Positions 1 to 10,851 of a stretch of DNA of 38,119 bases are shown here, one piece after another (the first letter of the stretch is position 1; every line of letters begins with the position of its first letter). The notes under the pieces are model-generated. The model did not search any database. It was given only the letters and a program-made list of their open reading frames with translations, and was not told the DNA's origin. Source of the DNA: Asterionella formosa (Eukaryota); contig NKIB01015123.1 of assembly GCA_002256025.1 (NCBI GenBank), positions 1 to 38,119 of the forward strand, read 5' to 3'. Made by a program: the position numbers and the translations under genes.

Positions 1-498
1 CTGGTGTGTAAGTACTACAATGATTCACAATGCATACGTCTCCATTGGAACTCTTATTTTTTATTTCATTTCTAACCCAAAACAATTTTTTCTATTTCTC
101 ATTTGATGCTACTTATTACATCGCATTGCATACTTTGGTTGCTCCAAACATCATGTTCAATTTTCATTGATGTTGCATGTTACAATCATTCTCGTGTGTT
201 TTACGCTTGTTGTACCATCTCCATGCATATTACCGTCATTTTGGTTGTCATGCTAAAATCGGCAATTTTATTGCCGAAAACTTCGATGTGCCCCATATTG
301 CCCTTAAATAAAAATTACTTAAGAAATTACTTAGAGACTAAAAATTACTTAGAAGTACCCGAATGGCAAGACGATAGCTGGAGCGGGAATTGCCATGAGG
401 AATGCAATCGGATTGAGTGGTACCAGGTACCAGGTACCAAACTGGTATAGCATACCGTTTCGCACATTATTAAAGTTTCATTGCATTACCGCGGGCAT

Positions 499-1935
499 AT
501 GATAATGACGGCAACAACAGCAAAAACAACTACGACGAACAAAAAGGAATACCATGGGGTACCGATTGGAGCCATTCGGATTAATTGCACAAAGGTGCAG
601 GACTTGAGAAACCTTATTGTGCGCACATTGGAGGACCCAAAAGTCTTGTGCTTTCGTGGAACTGAAAAACTAGAACAAGGGATGATTCTATTGCATTTGC
701 CACCATCTATAGCTACCTTATTCATGGATCAACATGTGGAACTAATTCACTTTCTTCATTTGCACGAGGGAGTGTTCTTGCCAGGTGTCCGAAGGCCACG
801 ACCATGTCAGCAGCCATTGTCCATAGATATTCCATGTGTGCCCCCAAAACAAAAGAAACGAAATACCGGAGGAACTAATAATTTTTCTCGATTTACCTTT
901 GTCGAGCTGTTTGCAGGAATTGGAGGATTTCGATTGGGGTTAGAATTGCTTGGAGGCAACTGCATATTGGCATCGGAGCTCAGACCCCAAGCCACCAAGA
1001 TCTATCGCCAATACTTTGGTCAGGACGAACATTTAGTTGAAGGAGATATTCTTGATTTATGTGACGATGAAATTCCAAACGAATTTACAATCTTGACTGG
1101 TGGCTTCCCGTGTCAACCATTTTCCAACCGCGGCATGCGTCGTGGATTAGAGGACGACCGAGGTCAGTTGTACCAAGAGATGGTCCGTGTCCTCCGAACG
1201 AAGCGGCCACCCTTGTTTCTTTTTGAAAATGTCGCTGGATTGGTGACTATGGATGGTGGATGTCGTGGAAAACGAGAACCCGGCAGAATGACAAAGTTCC
1301 AACCCGGAGCAGTAATGGAGAAAATGTTGCAAGCATTTCGAGATTGTGGATACAAGGTGGAATGGCAGATTGTCAATGCACGGCACTTTGTTCCTCAATA
1401 CAGAGAACGAGTCTATTTTGTTGGATCTCGGTTGGATCTGAAATGCAAAGATTTTACTTGGGAAAGTATTTATCCAAAGCAGAAGCCGCCAGCCTTGATA
1501 GAGATCTTAGAACCGACATCGAGTCCCGCCATTGCTGCCTGTGAGTTGAGTCCATCACAATGGGAAAAAGTTCAAAGCCTCGATGAAGCGAAGGAAGAAA
1601 AAATGTTGAAATTAAACGACTATGCTCCTACATTGATATCGAGTTATCATAAAGTAGGAAGCTTCTCGAACAAGTATGTTGGTGAAGAAAGAGATGGAAC
1701 ATTACGGGATGGACTTGGAGGTCATTCCCGGCCTCGCTTTCTTACTCCTCGCGAGTGCTGCCGTATAATGGGATTTCCAGAAGATTTTCCTGTCCCTTTG
1801 CCTGTTGATGATGCTGCTCATTTTTATCAAGGCATTGGAAATGCAGTGGTCCCTGCTGTTATTACAGCCATTGGAGAGCAGATGATGATGATGTATGAAT
1901 GTGCACTGGGGAGTAGCAATGAGTCACCTCCTTGA
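499..1935 (+). CDS. C5-cytosine DNA methyltransferase, bacterial (Dcm/HhaI)-like, probably DNMT6-type
   Basis: Uninterrupted ORF (first ATG at 499) with the C5-MTase motifs in canonical order: ELFAGIGG (I), ASE (II), GDI (III), GGFPCQPFS (IV, catalytic Cys), DDRGQL (V), FENV (VI), PQYRERVY (VIII), RFLTPRECCRIMGFP (IX), QGIGNAV (X). There is an ~130-aa N-terminal extension. The subfamily assignment is an inference. Confidence 0.93.
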   Translation: MIMTATTAKTTTTNKKEYHGVPIGAIRINCTKVQDLRNLIVRTLEDPKVLCFRGTEKLEQGMILLHLPPSIATLFMDQHVELIHFLHLHEGVFLPGVRRPRPCQQPLSIDIPCVPPKQKKRNTGGTNNFSRFTFVELFAGIGGFRLGLELLGGNCILASELRPQATKIYRQYFGQDEHLVEGDILDLCDDEIPNEFTILTGGFPCQPFSNRGMRRGLEDDRGQLYQEMVRVLRTKRPPLFLFENVAGLVTMDGGCRGKREPGRMTKFQPGAVMEKMLQAFRDCGYKVEWQIVNARHFVPQYRERVYFVGSRLDLKCKDFTWESIYPKQKPPALIEILEPTSSPAIAACELSPSQWEKVQSLDEAKEEKMLKLNDYAPTLISSYHKVGSFSNKYVGEERDGTLRDGLGGHSRPRFLTPRECCRIMGFPEDFPVPLPVDDAAHFYQGIGNAVVPAVITAIGEQMMMMYECALGSSNESPP

Positions 1936-2357
1936 TTTTAGTGCCTTCTGCCTTACATAGTTGTCCTCCTTTATGAGCTTTTGCAAGGATGTAGATTATT
2001 CATTGCCATGAACAATATTTTGTTCTGCTTTTTCATACATTTGAGTTGCAGTTTTTCCAGGTGTATTTATCAGAAATTGAGTTTCTATCGGCTTTTTGGA
2101 CGACTCGGAGTCGTAGGATCGTGCCTTTCCAGTATTGCTTTTGTATCGGTATACCGGTACTCTACTAACACCCCCTTCGGTATTACATGGAGAATATACC
2201 AGACTACGGCAATACTACCGCGCATATACCGTAATTATGCAATTTACAGTAAGCAATAATGGAAGATAATACCGTAGTGTTGCTCAGGCAACGTCACAAG
2301 AAAAATCGGGAACTGTCGATCTTCCCCTCGTCTTCTTCTATTTCGGCTTCACCAATC

Positions 2358-2777
2358 ATGGTGCGCTTTATTGCAAACTTTGTTGTACTCTGTGTCATTG
2401 TGGCGTCGGTTGTGTCTGGCTTTACAAAGCCAGTCCCATCCGCCTTTGTTCAAGGTCGTTCTTCGTCAACTCCAACTCGACTCTACAATACCAACATGAA
2501 GCCTCCCATTGAAATTGTCCAACAAGCCGATGCTGCATTTTTGGAGCAAAAAGGAGTCTTTCGTTGGGGAACGTGGGGATGTGATGTAGGATCATTCCCT
2601 TGGTCCTATGGTGATAATGAATCTTGTTACTTGTTGGCCGGCAAGGTCACTGTAACTCCTACGGATGGACGACCTGCAGTAACGTTTGGTAAAGGTGATT
2701 TTGTTACCTTTCCAGCAGGAATGTCCTGTCAATGGGATGTGAAAGAGCCAGTTCAAAAACACTTTACGTTCTTTTAA
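2358..2777 (+). CDS. Cupin_3 (DUF861/EutQ-like) protein with predicted plastid-targeting presequence
   Basis: GVFRWGTWGCDVGSFPWSYGDNESCYLLAGKVTVTP...FGKGDFVTFPAGMSCQWDVKEPVQKHF is typical of cupin_3. The ATG at 2358 gives a hydrophobic signal peptide followed by VSG|F and an S/T/R-rich stretch. Confidence 0.85.
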   Translation: MVRFIANFVVLCVIVASVVSGFTKPVPSAFVQGRSSSTPTRLYNTNMKPPIEIVQQADAAFLEQKGVFRWGTWGCDVGSFPWSYGDNESCYLLAGKVTVTPTDGRPAVTFGKGDFVTFPAGMSCQWDVKEPVQKHFTFF

Positions 2778-2884
2778 GGTTTCGTAGGGACTAACAACAG
2801 AATAGTATTTGCTTTTGGGAAAACAAGCCAACGCAGCCCTATCTAGATACACTACCAGTACCGTAGTCTCCCGAGTCCTCCGCA

Positions 2885-4336
2885 TTAGAATGATTCTTGC
2901 TGTTGATTGAAAAAGTCCAGTACCATTGGAGCAACTTGTTTGCGACTTGCCCTAGCATTGCCCTGGGCTAGCCAAGTAACACTAACCCCATCATTCTCGT
3001 CGTTTTTCATTTCCATTTTGGTAGCTTCCAATGAATCATTGGATAGCATAAAATTCTCAAGGTCCGTGACCCACGCAGTAGTGTTGCCACAGATCAAAAT
3101 ATCCCGTTCTGGCTTCCCATCCACCACATGCATGCTCATGACTAGTAATATAGGCAGTTGATGCGCAGTGAGGTAGTGTTGCAATTCCTCCATACATGCA
3201 TCTTTTTTCAAAAACTCCTTCATGGGTAACAGTACCGACGACACTCCAAATGAATCCATAGTACCGGTAGTACCATTCATCTCAAATCGTTTGAAATCCA
3301 GTCGCAACGTGTCTGTCACTGACAATGACTTCCAAAAGTCACTATCAAACTTGGCATTAGACAAGTAGTTGAATAGCAGTGTTGTATCAATAGTACTGGT
3401 TGTTCTATCATTTTGTAGTAATGATGTATTCGACAAGAGACTCCAATCTGTGTGTGTGATTAATTGTTCCATAACAACAGTATCTCTCGGAGTTACCTTT
3501 CCAGCTACTGGTGATGAATGGACGGTGTCAAGGACTAGTACTCCCAAAAGTGCGATTGCCAAGTCCGTGGGTATGGTTGTCATTTTATCATTAGGCGTGT
3601 GCACGAATAGTCGTTCGGCAATCAATGTACATGTACTTGCCACGGCCGTATCATCGAAGCAAATGTTTCGTACTGTGGCATTTTGATAATGACCTTCATC
3701 GTAATGATGATCCACTATTTCAATAATAATGGGGCTTTTGTTGTTGTTGTTGAATTCTGTGTGCAGAAGTCGATTATGATCCACCAGGATCAATTGGGGG
3801 TCTTGTACAGTGGCCATCAACGCAGCAACATCGTCAGTATACAGTAGGTTCGTTGGATCAATGTTGGCCAAAGATAGCAATAAGACAGTATCTCTTCGTA
3901 GCACCAGGTCGGCTCGTGGAATCGAAACAATAGGTACTTTGTGTGGCTCGTTGGGTTGTTTCAAATAATCCACATATGCCAAAGCGAGAGCGCTGATAAT
4001 GCTATCGGCGTCGCCTGCTTGATTTCCGACAATGAATGTAGTGTTATTAGGAATAGTGATGGATGACTTTGGAGTGGCGGCAAGAAAGTCGTTGAAGGAG
4101 AGCAAAGGAATTGATTTGGAACTCATTCTTGCAATTGTTGCTAGTGTCGACCGAGTTGACAAGGATGATGGAAATGATGGACAATAAGAAAATCGATTGG
4201 CCTTCAACTTCGTTGGCCAAACTGTAACAAAGGCTCGGCTTCCCCGAAGACAAGTGAATGGCAAAATGGTAACAATGGTAAGAATTCTTATTGGCAACAG
4301 AAATGAAAACAGTGTTTGGGGATTCAATACTCTCAT
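2885..4336 (-). CDS. DHH-family exopolyphosphatase (PPX1/Prune-like)
   Basis: Motifs GNQAGDADSIISA, LVDHN, IVDHH, ASTCTLI, LLGVLVLDT, LRLDFKRF and C-terminal SRKQVAP. The preferred start is ATG 4336 (MRVLNPQ..., signal-like, then SRA|F). The longer 4534 start of the ORF track is probably not used. Confidence 0.9.
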   Translation of the reverse strand: MRVLNPQTLFSFLLPIRILTIVTILPFTCLRGSRAFVTVWPTKLKANRFSYCPSFPSSLSTRSTLATIARMSSKSIPLLSFNDFLAATPKSSITIPNNTTFIVGNQAGDADSIISALALAYVDYLKQPNEPHKVPIVSIPRADLVLRRDTVLLLSLANIDPTNLLYTDDVAALMATVQDPQLILVDHNRLLHTEFNNNNKSPIIIEIVDHHYDEGHYQNATVRNICFDDTAVASTCTLIAERLFVHTPNDKMTTIPTDLAIALLGVLVLDTVHSSPVAGKVTPRDTVVMEQLITHTDWSLLSNTSLLQNDRTTSTIDTTLLFNYLSNAKFDSDFWKSLSVTDTLRLDFKRFEMNGTTGTMDSFGVSSVLLPMKEFLKKDACMEELQHYLTAHQLPILLVMSMHVVDGKPERDILICGNTTAWVTDLENFMLSNDSLEATKMEMKNDENDGVSVTWLAQGNARASRKQVAPMVLDFFNQQQESF

Positions 4337-4849
4337 GATGCGTTTGCCAATACATACATACCCGGTATACATTTGATGTATTGGTAATTTTTGTTTTATG
4401 GCTGGGCGGATGCAATTTTTGGGGCCACTGTTGGGTAGCCACGGTAAGCCTAGAATTAGCAAAAACCCTAAGCCTAAGGTATATAATATTTTGAGCCATG
4501 ATTGGCATGATCCACTGGTAATCACATCCACCATGTTGTTATTATGATTCTGTTGCTTTATTCAACAATAGAACATCCTCCCACACAGTTTCAAACAGCC
4601 TTATTTCCGCCATGAGTAGCACTACTAGTAAGCAAAGACAGGAAGCAGCATGGGATGACACGATTTGGTTTATATATGAACTATTTTGTGCTGGGCAGCA
4701 AGCAGATCCATGCCAACATGACCAATGGTTTCATGTGAAAAAGCTCTTGAGCTTGATAGTGGGCAAGTTGGAGCTGAAACTATTCAGGAATGTCTCAAAT
4801 AAGGTCATATATTGTCCCATATTCAGATTGCCATTCAATGAAATGCTTA

Positions 4850-6850
4850 GCCATAATAATATAGTATAGTCTGACTCCACTTTTGAAATTTGGGACCCAT
4901 CATGCCACCCATGGCTGGCGAAGATTGTCAATAGACATAAGCCTGGAAATTCCTGCCCTGACATTTTTGGTAAAGCTGTAAATCCCGCCATGTAAGATGT
5001 TTTAGGAATGTTACGATCACTAGCTAGCCTATGTCTCTTTAGATGTCCATTGATCAATCTTGCTATCATTTTAAAATTTATCTTGGAAAAAATTACAATA
5101 TTGATTTTTCAACAATTGGTCTTGACTGTTGCCAGTGTTGGCATTTTTCTTGTTTCAAACGATTATCACCAGCAGTAATGGGTATTTCCTCCTCACCATC
5201 CTTATAAAGTTTTTTCTTCTTGGATATCTCCTTTTGTCCATCATTTTTTGTTCAGGTACATCTGTACATGCTCGATTTTTGAAGAATTGATTCCAAACAT
5301 CAGTAACAGATCTGTAACTGTACAGAGATTCTATAATGTATGGCAACATTCCATTAAGAAATTGATGAACGATTTCGAAAGGTGTAGCACCATCATGGAC
5401 ATGGCCCTGCATATCACCACCAAAATAGTGGTACATAAGATCCAGAATAATGGTGTTTTGTGATATTTGTCTAAACCACCGTTCATATTTCATTGCATGT
5501 TTTTGGCGATTTTGCTTGATGTCATAGTGAGAAGGTAAATTTGGTCACTTGCCATCTGAATGATTACTGTTATTCAGAGCCCATTCCACATTTGGTTTGG
5601 TGTATGTCACAGGTCGTGATTCGCATTTTGTATCTGGGTTATCTGAGTTAGGAGTAGTTCCTGTACAATCTCTACAGGAATGAAGTCTGTATTTCCCATT
5701 CCCTGCTCTACAACCACATAACTTTATCATGTTCGTCTTTTTCACCAATTATCATACCAATTTGAAAGTAAACCTTCACTTTACCCAATCCACGAACAAA
5801 AAATTCTTAGTACTTGTTGGGATCACCAAATGGTTCCAATAAAAAGCCTGTAGATCGTTGATACTGGGCTAAACGTTCTTTGCTGCTCAAATCTGATATA
5901 TTTGAATTTTTTCCAAGTTGCTAACTTCTATGTCAGGTAGTAATAATGACACCAACCGCCATGCTTCCACCTTCTTCCTGCATTCAATAGACAAATTGAG
6001 CACTGTTGTTAGCAATGGATATTCAGAATGTTTCTGCATTTTGACAATTGTGGATCCATCACTAAAAAGTATGATTCCCACAAATAGGTGGCCGTTTTTG
6101 AGTTTCCCATCTTCTGAAGCTGGGGATTCATCAAAAGCAGAATGAAACCATTCAGCAGAAGTTCCCTATGCGTAACTCTGCCATTTTTTTACTAACAACT
6201 TTCCACCAGTAAGAGATGGAGGAAATGATGCGTTCATATGTCTTTTAATGTCTGGTGTGATGGGCGGTGCACGTTCCCTTTTCTGGAAATAATGGAATCA
6301 ATGATCAATTACTGCTTCTGCACTGTTAAACCGTAGCTTTGCCCTATCAGCATTTCCGTATTCGCCTTGTTAGAATTGGAATTACTACGTTGGTACTGTA
6401 AAACTTTAGGTTTGACCTACCAGCATTCCCGTATTCCCCTTGTTAGTCTACAATAGGAATTACTACATTGGTACTAGGAAACAGTGGTAAGTTTGCCCTA
6501 CCAGCATTCCCTTATTCCCCTTGTTACAATAGGTATTACGACGTTGGTACTGCTGTGAAACTGTAGGGCTCTTGCCCTAGCTACCAGGAGCATTCCCGTA
6601 TTCCCCTTGTTACAATAGGAATTACTATGTTGGTACTGTGAAACTGTTGGTTTGCCCTACTACCAGCATTCCCGTGCGTATTCCCCTTGTTACAATAGGA
6701 ATTATTAGTTTGCACTATGATTTCTCCCTAGGAGGGAACTGTTTAAATGTATTGGATAATTGTGAGGAAGAGAAACATGCAATACATTTGTCCATATCAT
6801 CTTCCTCATGCGTGGAGATATATTCCATGGGGGGGGGGGGCTTTGGATAA
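4850..6850 (-). pseudogene. Decayed CACTA/Plavaka-like DDE transposase
   Basis: Frameshifted fragments in the expected order: GIILFSDGS...EYPLLTTVLNLSIECRKKVEAWRLVSLLLPD; MIIGEKDEHDK/LCGC...CRDC; GATPFEIVHQFLNG; SDRNIPKTSYMAGFTALPKMSGQEFPGL. The expected C-terminal part is not seen. The 5' boundary is approximate. Confidence 0.75.
6339..6705. repeat. Minisatellite, ~5 copies of a ~72-80 bp unit
   Basis: Units begin near 6339, 6411, 6492, 6572 and 6651. Consensus is about TTTGCCCTACCAGCATTCCCGTATTCCCCTTGTTACAATAGGAATTACTACGTTGGTACTGTGAAACTGTAGG. There are no unique spacers. Confidence 0.92.
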
Positions 6851-7089
6851 TGGGTTCATTTCTATTTGTCGCCAGCTATAACGCAACGAAACGGACACAG
6901 GGTTGCTGAACTGAAATGACAACATAACAATATAGACACTGATGGTTCAAGATGTGGTTGTAAACAGAAATTTTCGTCATTCCTAGTGCAACATGAGGTG
7001 AACAGGATGGACTAATTTATGATCTAGTTTCACAATTTATGTAATTGACTTTTTTATATATTTTTATTTCATATGTATTTATTAAGCAA

Positions 7090-9330
7090 AACTTATAAAT
7101 TGTCTCCAATTAATATTGCTAAGTTCCATATCCTCTCCTTCATAGTCAAGGAAGTTGACAGTATTTACTTCCTTGGATGGTTCCGATGGTAAGGGATGAA
7201 CAAGTAAAAATTTGCTATGATCTTGATTGTAAATACCCCAATCATCAGTCGTTAACTCCGAAAAATGAAATTATTATTACCTTCCATAAATGTCAGGTTT
7301 ACCTTCACTGCTTGACACTTGTTCCATTTCAATAGCATTCTGCTTCTCGATATCAACAAGAAGCTCGCTGTAGTACTTCAGTGTTTCATCATTCCAGCTA
7401 AAAGTCAAACCATTGATTCGGCTTGAACTTTATATATTAAGGTTATTGCGTCCCTTCGCATGCCAACCAATCACAACAATTTCCTCATAGGTAGCGGCTT
7501 CAAGTAATTGTTCTGGTATATCAGTATCTTCGCTCAGATACATTGTTTCAGAGTGCTGTTTAATAGAAATTTTCCTTGGAAACTCAGGAAAGTATAAGCC
7601 TCCTCTGTGCTGCCATGAATTGAATCACCAACATGTGTGCCATGAATTGAATCACCGACATGTGTGCCATGCAGAAGAAACTTTCCTTGCTTGCTTAACG
7701 CGTGCTTGTAAGATTTACCTGGGCCCAGTAATTATTGATCATAAGTCTTGATTCCTGTCCGGAAAAAATTGATTGGAGCGAGTAATTGGAGGAATTCTCA
7801 GGAGTATTGTTCGGATGAACGATGACAGGTGTCCAGATGAGCAAACTGATACAGGGAAGTAGTCCAAACAATAAAATCGGATTTACTGTATTCCGTTAAG
7901 TTGGTTTCTATTACAGTTACCGAGATAGAGAATAAGCTCACAGATAGTATATTCAATATATACACATTAATTGAAAATATTAAACTAACTCAAAAACGCA
8001 CAAACAAAAACATTCAGTGTCAATTGGAGGTAATGCATATGATTGATGCACACACCTCCAAATGTACTATCAAGGTATACTTTCCATTCCTTGCTACTTC
8101 TTGAAGATAGAAAATCAGTTCCTCTATGAGAAAATTCTTCAACAAAATTCCAAATGCAATCCGCCAATTCGGCATCTTCCTTAATGGCAAGAGCGATTTC
8201 AGAATAGCATTTCATCAAGATCGTGAGGCATAATCTTGCAAATCAATTGGAACACATGTTTGCTTGAGCAGGATGTTTGTAAGAATGCAAGGAGGAGGAT
8301 GAAAGCCATCATGCATCATAACGATGATATCAAAGACAAGGTTATTCAAGGAGAATTGATGTGTAAATGAATCTTACCTGGGTGTTACACAATTTTCTAT
8401 TATGAAATAAATCACTAACTACTTCGGTTACATGAGAGGATGTTATTTTACTCGCAAGAAGTGTTTGACTTCTCTGACTTAATGAACACTGAGGTCTGTG
8501 CATGATACACATAAGGAATTTTTACATACCGAGGAAGTACAGAGTTTTCCGTACCTCCCTGTATACAGCCATATTACCATACATGCAGCCATGTAGCAGT
8601 ACTGGTATACTGGTATCATACGCACATTTGTTTGTCTTTGACGATACTTGTTCTTGGTGCTTTATTTGCCCGATTTCCTTCCTTTGGAAGCAATTCGAAC
8701 TCGTCCTCTTGGTTTTTTGCTGCTATTTTTGAGGGCATGTTCCATTGCTGTTCTTTTTGCCCATGCTTTTCTGACTTCTCTGCTTTACCAAAAGCCTTTA
8801 TTGAAGTGACAATAGGAATGTTCCCCACTCTCTTCACACTAGTACTTGCCCTTTCCATACTAGGGTGCACAATTGGATCAGACTCCTCCTTGTTTGCATA
8901 TTCGGCTCCATTTTTGGTCTCCTTTGATTTTCAAATGCTCTTGAGTGTTGGTAGGATCCGTTGTTTAATATTCCATCATGTCTTGATTACTGTAGTTTTG
9001 TTCTTTCAATGTCATCGCAAATGCGAAATCTTCTTGGATTGTCTGCTGTTGCTCCTTTCGATTCCTGTAGGATAGTGCTGTTTATCTGGATTTGGCAAGC
9101 TTTACTTCGAACAGCGCCATTTTTGGAGAGAGCGCAATTTTCACATTGTTGCATTCATAGTTAGAGTTGTTAATTGACTGTAATTTCCAAGGTTTTCCTG
9201 TTATTTCTCCTCTTCCTTTCATAATCTTCATAATGTTGCATCGTGTTGCCAATAATGCCGGTTGCTTTGTCTTATTGTCACGACCCGCTAAGAGTGTTTG
9301 CTTTTCCGCCACGGTGATGGCGTCTTTTTA
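7090..9330 (-). pseudogene. Decayed intron-containing accessory gene (ORF2) of the CACTA/Plavaka-like element
   Basis: Lies upstream of, and co-oriented with, the transposase. Fragments KEDAELADCIWN...STFGGVCI, SDFIVWTTSLYQFA...LLAPINFF and STEEAYTFLSFQGKF match the ORF at ~20.7-21.6 kb. Boundaries are approximate. Confidence 0.65.
7611..7671. repeat. 27-bp tandem duplication
   Basis: TGCCATGAATTGAATCACC(A/G)ACATGTG twice, plus a partial third copy. Confidence 0.9.
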
Positions 9331-10400
9331 TGACGATTCCCCAAAGGAAACCTGGAAGCCTTCCTAGCGTTACTACCAGCTGATTCCTTGCTGCTCTGTT
9401 TTTGTTCTAGACTATAGTAGACGTGTTTTTCGAAAAATTCTAGATATTAGAACGCTTTCTATTTCAGCTGTAATTTTCCATCATCTGTTGCTGCCAACAT
9501 GGTGGAGGCGATGGATCAGTTACCATTACACTACGTAAACAGGATGCTGCTGCTAGTCAAGATATGCAAGGAGAGGAGGTCATGATGCTTCTACTGCTGT
9601 TTATAAGATAATTTCGAATAATATGTTACTGAAGAAAAAGATGGACAAGATAAACCAATTTGCATCCTTTAAGTATGTGGCTTCTACTACACATTGCAAG
9701 TATGGATATACCAGAGCAAAAATCCTATGTATCTGCATATATACAACAACAGTCGGGTGCTCCATGTGATGCCGCTTCGAAAAATGGCAATGACAGACAG
9801 GCACTTTAACATACATTCTATTGAACTTTAATGATTGGCAGGGTACCTGGTAGCTGGTTTAACAATTTCCAGGGTGGTGGGTGGGAAAATATTTTTCTTC
9901 TTCTCACTGCTATCAATGAAGACCAAGTAAGTAAAGCCTGATCAAATGTTTTCTGACCAACCTAATTGAAGGAGGTTCAACAATTAACAAATTCGAGTTG
10001 CAAGATGTGTGCTTATTAATCACCCAATCATCATCCAATAGGCGTCTACACATCGTTTTTTTCTTGGTGCTTCCCATTTCATAAACTTGATTGAGTGCCC
10101 GTCTATGTACCGGTAGGCTCAACGTGGTACTTTCCACGTGGTACCTGGTATGTTCCAACAGGAGGGTTCGTAGCCATTCCTTTCCAAGGGAACTAACGAC
10201 TGTACAAGGTACTGGCACCTCCTACCTTGTCACCTCACAGACCGTATAAACGCGATTTCTTCGAGCTCCCCTGAAGTTTTGCATATGCTTTTCCAACCTT
10301 CTTAGCTTTTCAGGACCTTGAGGTCAACAACAGCACACAGCAATTCATATGATATCATATGCTTACTGTGGTGTCTGCCAGCAGATATTTTACATTAGCA

Positions 10401-10703
10401 GTACCCTGGTAGGTACCAGGTACCTTGTCCCCCGCACTGGTAGTTGTGATGGTTTCGACACAATGTACCGGTATGATAGTTGATAGTTGATAGTATCTGG
10501 TACTGGTACCAGGTACCTGGTAGTACCTGGTACGTGTAGGCTACATACATATCTCAGACGAGGTCGTTCTTACAATTTAACTTTACGTACAGCCATTCGC
10601 TTCACTCACCTCGTACACATTTTTCACTGTATAGCGTCACAACATGTTCTTAGTTACTATTCTACCGGTATGGTACCAGGTAACTGGTAGTAGTCTACCG
10701 GTA
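10401..10703. repeat. Cluster of GGTACC/CCWGG/CCGG motifs (also at 419-447, 30276-30365, 36603-36815)
   Basis: For example GGTACCAGGTACCTGGTAGTACCTGGTAC near 10506-10533, and (GGTACCA)x3 at 419-439. Confidence 0.8.
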
Positions 10704-10851
10704 GTGTGGAGTACAAGCATCAAGGCAGACTGATTGTTTTAGGGGAAATTTTCTTCCATTTGAATACCTCCTTTGAGTTGACATACGATCACATTGCTTA
10801 TAGTGATCGCTAACACCACAACACCACTACACTAGTACAGCCAGTCAGTCC

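Noticed and set aside
309..361. Three AAATTACTTA repeats as a transposon subterminal end
   Set aside because: The repeats are real, but no partner end or coding evidence lies within the window.
499..2777. Bacterial restriction-modification operon or contamination
   Set aside because: No endonuclease is present, and neighbouring genes have eukaryotic targeting peptides, a spliceosomal intron and LTR elements.
4337..4534. N-terminal 66-aa extension of the PPX ORF
   Set aside because: Looks like chance open frame into upstream or TE-derived DNA; the downstream Met gives a plausible targeting leader.
6339..6705. CRISPR-like array
   Set aside because: Units are similar along their whole length with no unique spacers, no cas genes are present, and the context is eukaryotic.
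4426..10386. CACTG-starting TIR at 4426 paired with GCTTACTGTGG...CAG at 10361-10384 as ends of the Plavaka-like element
   Set aside because: The match is short and gapped, the right end lacks CAGTG and there is no TSD, so it was not used as a boundary.
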